From: a virus
Lineage: Duplodnaviria; Caudoviricetes
IMG/VR virus record: IMGVR_UViG_3300027798_000153
Location: 1-30,927 of that record
DNA length: 30,927 bases
Direction: 5' to 3' (one strand)
Within the stretch, counting starts at the first letter, position 1. The number at the start of each line of letters is the position of its first letter. Positions 5,591 to 14,050 of the stretch are shown here, in pieces. The translations under genes and the position numbers were made by a program. The notes under the pieces were generated by a model. The model made no database searches. It was given only the letters and a program-made list of their open reading frames with translations, and was not told the origin of the DNA.

Positions 5591-5619
5591 TTGCCCACCT
5601 ACCCCCAACCTGATATAAT
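5591..5619 (+). promoter_or_regulatory. Promoter of terminase operon
   Basis: TTGCCC-17-TATAAT with extended -10 (TGA-TATAAT); AAGGA RBS follows. Confidence 0.7.
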
Positions 5620-5639
5620 AGTCGAAAAGGAATCTACCT

Positions 5640-6113
5640 ATGACACAAAACCTACCTGCCGAAACGGTCAGAATTGCCCCCGAGGCCCTGGAAGTAGCTA
5701 ATTGCTATCTTCAACTAAATGATCCCCGAGCCGTGGCCTCCGAATTGGACTTGGATGTTGAAACCGTAACGGAGTACCTAAAACGCCGTGAAGTCAAGGC
5801 TTATATTGATAGTGTATTTTTTGATTCGGGCTACAACAACCGATTCTTGATGCGACGTGCCATGGACGCACTTATCAAACAGAAATTTGCCGAGCTTGAA
5901 GAAGCTCAAGCCGGATCGCAAAAAGATATATCAGAACTCTTAGCACTATCGCATAAAATGAGCATGGACTTACTGGACAAAGAAATCCAATTGGAGAAAA
6001 TTCGTTCGGGAACTGGCCCTCAAAAGCAAGTAAACGTTCAGATCAACGAAGGCTTAGACGGATCGAAATATTCGCAACTTGTACAGCGATTGATTACTGG
6101 TGAAGGGGTCTAA
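5640..6113 (+). CDS. terS: Terminase small subunit (T5-like)
   Basis: IAPEALEV..YL, an HTH-like segment and KAYIDSVFFDSGY.NR resemble T5 TerS; TAATG coupling to terL. Confidence 0.8.
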   Translation: MTQNLPAETVRIAPEALEVANCYLQLNDPRAVASELDLDVETVTEYLKRREVKAYIDSVFFDSGYNNRFLMRRAMDALIKQKFAELEEAQAGSQKDISELLALSHKMSMDLLDKEIQLEKIRSGTGPQKQVNVQINEGLDGSKYSQLVQRLITGEGV

Positions 6114-7399
6114 TGTTAACTATTAGCCGACCTGACGTCGAGTGCGATGTTATTACCGAATTTGCGCCACAGTCACGTTTTATTAAACTGCCGATTACCA
6201 ACTACTTAAAGCTCCTAGACATTTATGATTCGATTAATCGTCCACAGGTTGCCTTAATTAACGCAGTCAATGACCCCAAGTACCGTTTTATATGTGCCGC
6301 GCTTGCGCGCCGATTAGGTAAAACGTACATTGCAAATATTATTGGCCAATTAGTGACCCTAGTTCCAGGCTCCAATGTATTGATCATGTCGCCAAACTAT
6401 AACTTATCTGGTATTTCGTTTGAGCTACAACGTAAACTAATCAAGCACTTTGACTTAGAAGTTGCCCGTGATAACTTAAAAGACAAAATCATTGAACTTG
6501 AAAATGGTTCGACTATTCGCATGGGTTCGCTTTCAACAGTTGACTCTTGCGTTGGACGCAGCTATGACCTAATTATATTTGACGAAGCTGCCCTTGGTTC
6601 GGATGGTGAAGCTGCATTTAACGTTGCGCTACGTCCTACCCTAGACAAGCCCAATTCCAAAGCTATCTTTATTTCAACGCCACGTGGTCGTAATAATTGG
6701 TTTAGTCAATTTTGGAACCGTGGATTTAATCCAGACTTTCCAGAGTGGGTCTCACTACAAGCTGACTATTCGGAAAACACTCGCATGGCTGAGTCCGATG
6801 TTGCTGAAGCCCGTCGTTCTATGTCAAAGGCTGAATTTGAGCAAGAATATCTTGCCTCATTTACGGTGTTTGAGGGTCAGATCTATGCACTGTCCGAAGC
6901 ATCCATTGAGCAAATGCCGTTTGATACCAAAGGTGAAGCCATTGCTGGCTGTGACCCTGGCTATCGCGACGCTACCGCGTTTGTGGTAATAGTATATGAT
7001 TTTAATAGCGATTGTTTTTGGATTGTTGACGAGTACTTGGAAGCTGAGAAAACCACTGCCGAACACGCAGAAAAGTTTCAAGAGCTTTGTGCAAAGTGGG
7101 GCGTTGAAGTAATTTTCATCGACTCGGCTGCTGCACAATTTGCAGGTGACCTTGCCTACCAGTACGATTTGTCAACTACTAAAGCCAAAAAAGACGTACT
7201 ACCCGGAATTGCCTATGTGCAAACTTTGGTGGCACAGGGTAGGTTGAAGATTGCTCCGCATTGTACAAATGTCATGGCAATGTTTGACCAATATCGCTGG
7301 GATACTCGTGAAAACTTGCAAAAGGAACGCCCACTGCACGATGAGTATTCGCACATGGCTGACGCTGTTAGATACGCACTATATACTTATACTGTCTAG
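6113..7399 (+). CDS. terL: Terminase large subunit
   Basis: Walker A ARRLGKT, Walker B IIFDEAA, motif C ISTP, nuclease GCDPG and HMADAVRYA. Confidence 0.95.
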   Translation: MLTISRPDVECDVITEFAPQSRFIKLPITNYLKLLDIYDSINRPQVALINAVNDPKYRFICAALARRLGKTYIANIIGQLVTLVPGSNVLIMSPNYNLSGISFELQRKLIKHFDLEVARDNLKDKIIELENGSTIRMGSLSTVDSCVGRSYDLIIFDEAALGSDGEAAFNVALRPTLDKPNSKAIFISTPRGRNNWFSQFWNRGFNPDFPEWVSLQADYSENTRMAESDVAEARRSMSKAEFEQEYLASFTVFEGQIYALSEASIEQMPFDTKGEAIAGCDPGYRDATAFVVIVYDFNSDCFWIVDEYLEAEKTTAEHAEKFQELCAKWGVEVIFIDSAAAQFAGDLAYQYDLSTTKAKKDVLPGIAYVQTLVAQGRLKIAPHCTNVMAMFDQYRWDTRENLQKERPLHDEYSHMADAVRYALYTYTV

Positions 7400-7416
7400 G
7401 TAGTAAAAATATTACC

Positions 7417-7445
7417 TTGACATTTTTCTGCCTATAGAGTATAAT
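7417..7445 (+). promoter_or_regulatory. Consensus sigma70 promoter upstream of dps and head genes
   Basis: TTGACA-17-TATAAT exact consensus. Confidence 0.85.
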
Positions 7446-7499
7446 ACTAGTTATTGCACCAAGCATGCTTAGAAAAAGTTTTGGGCATAAAGGAATAAG

Positions 7500-7940
7500 A
7501 TGACACAAGAACAATATAACAATTTACTACAAAAGGCTTTTGCGTCAGAATATGCTTTCTACCTAAAAGCGCAGAACTTTCACTGGAACGTTGAAGGTTA
7601 CTTATTTCCGCAGTATCACGAATTTTTTGGCCACATCTACGAAGAAGTTAGTGGTTCGATTGATACGTTTGCCGAACAACTAAGAGCCGCACGAGTTTAT
7701 GCTCCTGCTGCTTTTACACTTCTAGAAGAACTATCGGATGTACGCGGTCAGACCGGTACAGTTGATGGTATGCAAATGACACAAGAACTATTGCTAGACA
7801 GCGATATGTTGGCAGAAATGTTTAAAACCGCATTTTTAGCTGCTGAAGAAATGGGTGACTACGGTCTATCGAACTTCTTTGCAGATCGTCAAGATGCACA
7901 CCGTAAACACTCTTGGATGTTGCGCTCAACATTAAAGTAA
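7500..7940 (+). CDS. dps: Dps-family ferritin-like protein
   Basis: KAQNFHWNVEG..F..YHEFF...YEE.....D.FAEQLR ferroxidase signature and C-terminal KHSWMLRS; AAGGA RBS. Confidence 0.92.
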   Translation: MTQEQYNNLLQKAFASEYAFYLKAQNFHWNVEGYLFPQYHEFFGHIYEEVSGSIDTFAEQLRAARVYAPAAFTLLEELSDVRGQTGTVDGMQMTQELLLDSDMLAEMFKTAFLAAEEMGDYGLSNFFADRQDAHRKHSWMLRSTLK

Positions 7941-8372
7941 ATGGCTAAAAACACAAACAAACGGATACCAGTAAAATGGGTACGTGATCGAGCTAAAGCA
8001 GCTTATGAAAAGCAAGACCACTGCTGTATCTGTGATACACAAGCAGATCTTGAACTACATCACCTACACTCCGTTACCATACTGTTGGAAAGATGGGCCG
8101 AACAAAAAGGCTATGACATTTCTACCGATGATGGTATTCTAGCTGTAAGAGACGAGTTTATTGCAGAGCATCACGACGAGCTGTATGTGCAGGTTTACAC
8201 CCTTTGTAATCCTCACCACGTTGCGCTTCATGGTGTTTATGGTAAAGCTCCAAAACCTGGTTCAGAACCGAAACAGGCTCGATGGATCGAGATACAGCGT
8301 GAAAAACATTTAAACGGTGGCCGTGCCATACCCAAAACCAGTTCAGGCAGTTTTTTCTCAGAATTTATCTAA
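7941..8372 (+). CDS. HNH endonuclease (position of the T5 nicking/packaging endonuclease)
   Basis: CxxC..LELHH...TLCNPHH..LH..YG; lies between terL and portal as in T5. Confidence 0.85.
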   Translation: MAKNTNKRIPVKWVRDRAKAAYEKQDHCCICDTQADLELHHLHSVTILLERWAEQKGYDISTDDGILAVRDEFIAEHHDELYVQVYTLCNPHHVALHGVYGKAPKPGSEPKQARWIEIQREKHLNGGRAIPKTSSGSFFSEFI

Positions 8373-8381
8373 AGGGAAATT

Positions 8382-9566
8382 ATGAACTGGATTACAAAAA
8401 GTACTAGTTGGGTTCGCGAAAAGCTTAACCCAGCTCAGGTAAGAATTGCACAAGAAAACGGTAGTCGCATAGGTACTACCGCTAAAATCGGATATCAAAC
8501 CGCTTTTCAAAAGCTTGAGTCCGTAAATCGTTCGGTCAACATGCTAGTGTCCGCGTGCGCTAGCCTAGACTACGATGTAAAAGATAAATTAAATGAAGGC
8601 ATTGTTAGCGGTATTCGCCAAAAACAACTAATCAATTTACTAAACTTTAGACCTAACCCATACCAAAGTGCACAAGAGTTTCGCATGGCGATATTCCAAG
8701 ACTTGGTACTAGAAGGTAACGTATTCATACACTTTGACGGTGTATTTATGTACCACCTTCCAGCAATTAACGTACAAATAATGCCAGATACTAAAACGTA
8801 TATTGCTGGCTATTTATACCAAGGTTTAACAGAGTTTAAAGAGTCGGAAATATTCCACTTTAAAGATATTAATTCTAAGTCCATCTACCGTGGTAGTTCA
8901 AGACTTGAATCAGCAGACCAGTCGATTAATCTACTGTATGCAATGAAAGAATTCCAAGACCAGTTCTTTGATAACGGTGCCGTGTTCGGTCTAGTACTAA
9001 CTAGCGACAACACACTTTCACAAGTTGCCAAAGAAAAGACTATTCAGTACTGGTTACAAAGATATAGTGCTAAAGCAGGTGGTAAGCGCCCAGTTATCTT
9101 AGATAGCGGACTTAAGCCACACTCTATATCAAATACGAATTTCAAGGACATGGACTTCGATCAGTCGATGAGTACCCATGCCGAGACTATTATGCAAGCA
9201 ATCGGCGTACCTCCTATCTTATTGCAGGGCGGTAACAATGCTAACATTAGTCCAAACCTAAGATTATTTTACTTAGAAACGGTAATGCCTATTGTTCGAC
9301 GTTTTACGTCAGCACTAGAAAGATATTACGGTTATGACATTGAAGCAATCACAAGCTCAGTTTCCGCACTACAACCAGAATTAAAAGATATTGCTGCATA
9401 CCACTCAACACTAGTTAATGCAGGAATTATTACTGCTAACGAAGCACGACAAGAATTACGTTATCCTGTTATCACAGGCCATGACGATTTAAGAATACCT
9501 GCAAATATTGCAGGTTCAGCTGCTAACCCAGCTCAGGGAGGACGTCCCGCCTCCACTAATGAATAA
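8382..9566 (+). CDS. Portal protein (HK97/T5-like)
   Basis: LLNFRPNPYQSA.EF, LEGN.F, IFHFK, FFDNGA, GVPPILL, GIITANEAR..L motifs. Confidence 0.95.
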   Translation: MNWITKSTSWVREKLNPAQVRIAQENGSRIGTTAKIGYQTAFQKLESVNRSVNMLVSACASLDYDVKDKLNEGIVSGIRQKQLINLLNFRPNPYQSAQEFRMAIFQDLVLEGNVFIHFDGVFMYHLPAINVQIMPDTKTYIAGYLYQGLTEFKESEIFHFKDINSKSIYRGSSRLESADQSINLLYAMKEFQDQFFDNGAVFGLVLTSDNTLSQVAKEKTIQYWLQRYSAKAGGKRPVILDSGLKPHSISNTNFKDMDFDQSMSTHAETIMQAIGVPPILLQGGNNANISPNLRLFYLETVMPIVRRFTSALERYYGYDIEAITSSVSALQPELKDIAAYHSTLVNAGIITANEARQELRYPVITGHDDLRIPANIAGSAANPAQGGRPASTNE

Positions 9567-9577
9567 CAAGGGGTAAT

Positions 9578-11530
9578 ATGGTAGATAAAAATAAAGTACT
9601 TACGCTAACAAGTACATTCACAAAAAGTGGCGATCTACCTACCAAAGGCGACATTATTGATTCTATCATGATCGAAGGTTACGCAAGTACCAACGATGTT
9701 GATAGGCAAGGCGATATTGTACCGACCAGTGTTTGGGAAGCGGGTATGAAGAATTACTTGAAAAATCCAGTAATTCTTGCCTATCACGAACATTGCGAGC
9801 CAATCGGTAGGATGGTAGAACACAAGATTGACGAAAAGGGATTATGGATTAAAGCCAGAATCTCTGCGGCAGCGGAAGATGTGTTCAGTTTAGTAAAAGA
9901 CGGCGTATTAACTGCGTTTAGTATTGGATTCCGCATCGTAGATGCTGAATATAATGCTGCAGCAGAGCTGTTTGTAGTGAAAGAACTGGAATTGCACGAA
10001 ATATCTGTTGTGTCAGTACCAGCGAATCAAAATACAATTTTCAGTCTTTCTAAAGCATTTAATACTGCTGAAGAATTTAAATCTTTCAAAATGCAATTTG
10101 CACCCAAAAGCGAGTCAGCTAAAGGGCTAGAATCCTCTACGGAAGCAAAAAGCGATATTAATAAGGAATGGAACATCATGGATCCAAAAGAACTAGAACA
10201 AATGTTGGCAAAAGCCGCTTCTACAGCTGCTGAGCAAACCGCAAAGGCACTAGCTGAACAGCAAGCCAAATCCGCAGCTGAAGAAGCCGCAAAACAAAAA
10301 CAACAAGCTGAATTTGACGAAAAAGTCAAAGCAGCGGTTATCACATCAGGTCAATCTGGTGCTGAGAAACTAATGGCAGAAGTTGAAAAACGTCTAGCCG
10401 ATGCTAACGAATCTACTAAGTCAGTTATCGCTGGTTTAGAAACTGCTCTAAAAGAAAAAGCAGCTGAAATCGAAGCAATCACAAAGTCAAAAATGAGCTT
10501 TGCTGACGGCAAAAATGCTGGTGGCATGCAATATGGCGACAAAGAAAAGGCTGTTCTATTAGCTAAAATGGCTGGTAAGAGCTTAGAGTCTACAGCTTTT
10601 GGCCGCGATATGGTTCAAAAGTTTGGTGCTCACGTTCCAAGCGCTACATGGGAATTAGAAGTTTCTTTAAATCTAGAATCTGAAGTTCGCCGTCGCTTAG
10701 TTGTTGCTCCATTGCTACGCAACATCACAATGCAAACTAACGTTATGACTATCCCTGTTAACCCAGAAGCTGGTGTTGCAACATGGGTAACTAACGCACA
10801 GTTCGGTACAGCTCCAGCTGCTTTAGGCGCTGCAGGTGCTTCAGCCGGTGCTACTCAAACTCACCAACTAAAAGAAATCACGTTAAACGCATATAAGATT
10901 GCTACTAACGAATACACAGCTTACGAAGAAGAAGAAGATAGCTTGATCGCTATTATGCCTATCATTCGTGACGCTATGGTTCGCCGTGTTGCTCGTGGTG
11001 TTGACCGTGCATTCCTACGTGGTTCTGGATCTGGTGCTGACCCTGTTAAAGGTTTGGTCGGTGCAGACGTATCAAGCGCTGTTACACTAGATATTAGCGA
11101 TAACGCACTTGCTACAGTTGCTACACTACGCAAAATGCGTCAAGACCTAGGTGTTTGGGGCTTAGACCCAGCAGAAGTTGTATTCGTTGTTTCTCAAGAC
11201 GTGTACTACAACCTATTAGACGACCCTGTCTTCCAAACAATGAACCAAGTCGGTACACAAGCTACATTGCTAACTGGCCAAATTGGTCAAATTGGTAATA
11301 GCCCAGTTATCGTTTCTGGTGAATTCGAAGACAGAGCTGCTGGCGCTGCTGGTGCTATCGCACTTGCTCCTGCTAACTTCTTAGTTGGTAACCAACGCGG
11401 TCTACGCATTGATACACAAGAACTAGTTGAAACTCAACGCCGTGTAATGGTAGCTAGCCTACGTACCGGTATGACCCAAGTTACAAATAACTACGGTCCA
11501 GGCGTTTCTGCACTACGTTACATTGCTTAA
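9578..11530 (+). CDS. Prohead protease fused in frame to major capsid protein (HK97 fold)
   Basis: N-terminal IEGYAST...DRQGD, LAYHEH..PIG, AFSIGF, EISVVSVPAN (S78 protease); then a coiled-coil delta domain; then the capsid domain. Internal AAGGA and in-frame ATG at 10178. Confidence 0.92.
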   Translation: MVDKNKVLTLTSTFTKSGDLPTKGDIIDSIMIEGYASTNDVDRQGDIVPTSVWEAGMKNYLKNPVILAYHEHCEPIGRMVEHKIDEKGLWIKARISAAAEDVFSLVKDGVLTAFSIGFRIVDAEYNAAAELFVVKELELHEISVVSVPANQNTIFSLSKAFNTAEEFKSFKMQFAPKSESAKGLESSTEAKSDINKEWNIMDPKELEQMLAKAASTAAEQTAKALAEQQAKSAAEEAAKQKQQAEFDEKVKAAVITSGQSGAEKLMAEVEKRLADANESTKSVIAGLETALKEKAAEIEAITKSKMSFADGKNAGGMQYGDKEKAVLLAKMAGKSLESTAFGRDMVQKFGAHVPSATWELEVSLNLESEVRRRLVVAPLLRNITMQTNVMTIPVNPEAGVATWVTNAQFGTAPAALGAAGASAGATQTHQLKEITLNAYKIATNEYTAYEEEEDSLIAIMPIIRDAMVRRVARGVDRAFLRGSGSGADPVKGLVGADVSSAVTLDISDNALATVATLRKMRQDLGVWGLDPAEVVFVVSQDVYYNLLDDPVFQTMNQVGTQATLLTGQIGQIGNSPVIVSGEFEDRAAGAAGAIALAPANFLVGNQRGLRIDTQELVETQRRVMVASLRTGMTQVTNNYGPGVSALRYIA

Positions 11531-11544
11531 TTTTAAGTAATATT

Positions 11545-11570
11545 GACAGGGCTTTCGAGCCCTGTCTTTT
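11545..11570 (+). terminator. Intrinsic terminator after capsid gene
   Basis: GACAGGGC-TTTCGA-GCCCTGTC-TTTT. Confidence 0.8.
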
Positions 11571-11613
11571 AAATAGATTCGCTGAGTCTATTTAAAAGAC
11601 AAGAGAGGTAAAC

Positions 11614-12183
11614 ATGGGATTAAATCTTACAACAAAAGCAGACTATAAGGCCTATGCTGGAATTAAGAGTACTAATGAAGATGCTGTAATTGATTTCATT
11701 ATTCCAAAAGTTTCCGAGCTAGTAAAAAACTACTGCAATAGATCGTTTGTAGACTATTGGGTAGACCCAAAAACAGAAATTTTCAATGGCGGCGTTAAGA
11801 AATTTATCTTAGCAGAGTCGCCTGTAGCTACGATCGTTAATGTACAAGGTAGTACAGACTACGGACAAACCTGGACAAATTTAACTCAGTATCAAGACTG
11901 GGTTCAAGAAGATGATACAGTGTTGTCTTTAGACTCCACAGGATATTTTCCTAAGTTGATCAGAGGCTACAAGGTAGTTTATACAGCTGGATATGATGAC
12001 GTACCTGGTGACCTAGAGGCAGCCGTACTAGATCTAGTATCTTACTACCGCAGACATGATAGCGCTATTCACAGCGCAAAATCTCCTGGCAGCAATACAA
12101 TGCAGGTAGAGTACCTTACTAGTACTAACCTACCTGCACACATTCGCCGTATACTAGACTTATATAGAGCGGATTATACCTAA
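11614..12183 (+). CDS. Head completion / head-tail adaptor (T5 p144-like position)
   Basis: VKNYCNRSF, V.YTAGY..VP.DL..A.LDLV.YY, LP.HI.RILD.YR; GAGG RBS; synteny. Confidence 0.8.
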   Translation: MGLNLTTKADYKAYAGIKSTNEDAVIDFIIPKVSELVKNYCNRSFVDYWVDPKTEIFNGGVKKFILAESPVATIVNVQGSTDYGQTWTNLTQYQDWVQEDDTVLSLDSTGYFPKLIRGYKVVYTAGYDDVPGDLEAAVLDLVSYYRRHDSAIHSAKSPGSNTMQVEYLTSTNLPAHIRRILDLYRADYT

Positions 12184-13541
12184 TGGCTAAAGTAGGCTTA
12201 AAAGATAAACTAAAGGCTAAAGCGCCCGAACTTTTTGAAGCCTTATACAAGGATTACCGCCCCGAGCTAGACGCTAGGATTACGGTTCTTGATTTAAGCT
12301 ACGAGGCTTTAAAAGTTAACGTGTACAGAGGCAACTCTGTATCCCAAAGAGATTTACTCGTATTCAACAAAGTATACGCAAACCTACAAACAGTAGTTAG
12401 AGAAGCCCTAGGTAAACGTACCTACAGCAGTTTAAGCGACCCTAAGTTGCAAAACTACTTCTCGGCCAGTAACCCACAGCCTTACCCAGTTTTAATAGAC
12501 TCCGGTAGTAGCTTCTTTGTAGTTGGAAAAAATTTCGACGCTATTCGTAACTTTGTTACCAAGAATATATCCAAAGACCCAAGACTTAAGTCTTCGCGTT
12601 TTGGAGAGACTACTAGATACCAAGACGTACTTAATAAAGCTGGTATACCTAGTGGAGACGTTAAAAAGACTGTACGTTCTAAAGTAGACATTGGACACAT
12701 ACCCAGTTCAGGCAGTGAAAACTTAACCTCACCACTTGAAGAAAAGCTACAAGCCGTACTTCAAGTATCAATGTCCAACGGAAATCAGCGATTAGCTAAA
12801 ATAGCACAACAGTCTATTCAAGAGCTATATGATATCCAAGGCAGTATATCTTATGATTTCAAGAACACTACCCCAGAGGCTATTAGCACTGCGCGAGATG
12901 TTCTAGGTACTGGATACGTAGTAGTAACACTACACACTGAAAAAAAGAATAACACGTTTAGTAGTCGTGAACTAGAGATTTTTAATAAATTGACAGCCCA
13001 AATGGCTTTGTCAATTAACCTAACGGATGTGCCTGGGTCTAATACTATTCTTGAGGACATTCGGGACGGTATTATTGGTACTCTTAAGAATGGCAAGGCC
13101 AAACTTAAAAAGCATAAAACCAATAACGCAAAAGTTACACAAAAGAAAACACGTAGAGTAAATACTAAAGCAGCGGGACTTTCCAAAGCCCCAGAACTTG
13201 CTCCAGAAGCATTGGTTAATTTAACCAGTCTACAGATATTACTGAATACGTACCTACAAGACGTCATTAGTGCAAACATGGGTGACGGCAGTGCTAGAAA
13301 TGTATTAAACTACAGAACAGGCAGATTTGCTGGCAGCGCAGAAGTATTAAGACTATCACAGTCCAGAGACGGTATGATAACCGCCTTCTATACTTACATG
13401 AAAAATCCGTACGCAACTTTTAGTGACGGCGGTCGTCATCAGATTCCAAAGTCAAGAGACCCTAAACTACTAATAGGTGCATCGATTCGTGAAATTGCTG
13501 CTGAACACGTAACAAATAGATTAAGGGCAGTAGTAGTATGA
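12183..13541 (+). CDS. Tail completion / neck protein (T5 p143-like C-terminus, extended N-terminus)
   Basis: C-terminal LNYRTGRFA...Y.YM.NPY.TF...RDP..LI..SIREIA; synteny; coupled at both ends. Confidence 0.65.
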   Translation: MAKVGLKDKLKAKAPELFEALYKDYRPELDARITVLDLSYEALKVNVYRGNSVSQRDLLVFNKVYANLQTVVREALGKRTYSSLSDPKLQNYFSASNPQPYPVLIDSGSSFFVVGKNFDAIRNFVTKNISKDPRLKSSRFGETTRYQDVLNKAGIPSGDVKKTVRSKVDIGHIPSSGSENLTSPLEEKLQAVLQVSMSNGNQRLAKIAQQSIQELYDIQGSISYDFKNTTPEAISTARDVLGTGYVVVTLHTEKKNNTFSSRELEIFNKLTAQMALSINLTDVPGSNTILEDIRDGIIGTLKNGKAKLKKHKTNNAKVTQKKTRRVNTKAAGLSKAPELAPEALVNLTSLQILLNTYLQDVISANMGDGSARNVLNYRTGRFAGSAEVLRLSQSRDGMITAFYTYMKNPYATFSDGGRHQIPKSRDPKLLIGASIREIAAEHVTNRLRAVVV

Positions 13542-13975
13542 GTCGTAGAACATCAATAGTTACCGCATTAACAACAAAACTTAACACAATTAACGGGCAA
13601 GCACCTTATAGTACTAATCTATTTAGTAATGCATACCCTAAGCTGAAATTTTGGGATGAAGTAAACGACTTCCCAAGTGTTTACGCAACACCAGGCATGG
13701 AGCAAAGAGAATATCACCCAGGCGGTTTTGCTTGGGGTTACTTGGGTATCTCCGTTAAAGTATACTGTAAAGGTGATGATAGTCAAGAACAACTTGAACT
13801 ACTATTACAAGACATAGAAACTTGCATAGACGCGAACCGTAAGTTGGTGTACGATAGTACCAACAACTTTGAGACAACGGAAATCTTGATTCAAAGTATT
13901 ACTACCGATGAGGGTTTATTGTATCCTTATGCAATCGGTGAAATTAATTTACAAGTCCGATATCAGGTCATGTAA
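13538..13975 (+). CDS. Tail terminator (T5 p142-like)
   Basis: MSRRTSI, KFWDEVNDFP, ITTDEGLL.PY.IGE; directly upstream of the tail tube gene. Confidence 0.8.
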   Translation: MSRRTSIVTALTTKLNTINGQAPYSTNLFSNAYPKLKFWDEVNDFPSVYATPGMEQREYHPGGFAWGYLGISVKVYCKGDDSQEQLELLLQDIETCIDANRKLVYDSTNNFETTEILIQSITTDEGLLYPYAIGEINLQVRYQVM

Positions 13976-14050
13976 ACAATCATGCTAAAGTACTAATAAC
14001 AGATAAATGTCTAGTTTATGTACTAAAGCATTAACTAAAAAGGAAATGAA

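Noticed and set aside
7941-8372. HNH gene as a mobile homing endonuclease or intron ORF
   Set aside because: It occupies the conserved T5-type position between terL and portal, flanking genes are intact, and there are no intron features.
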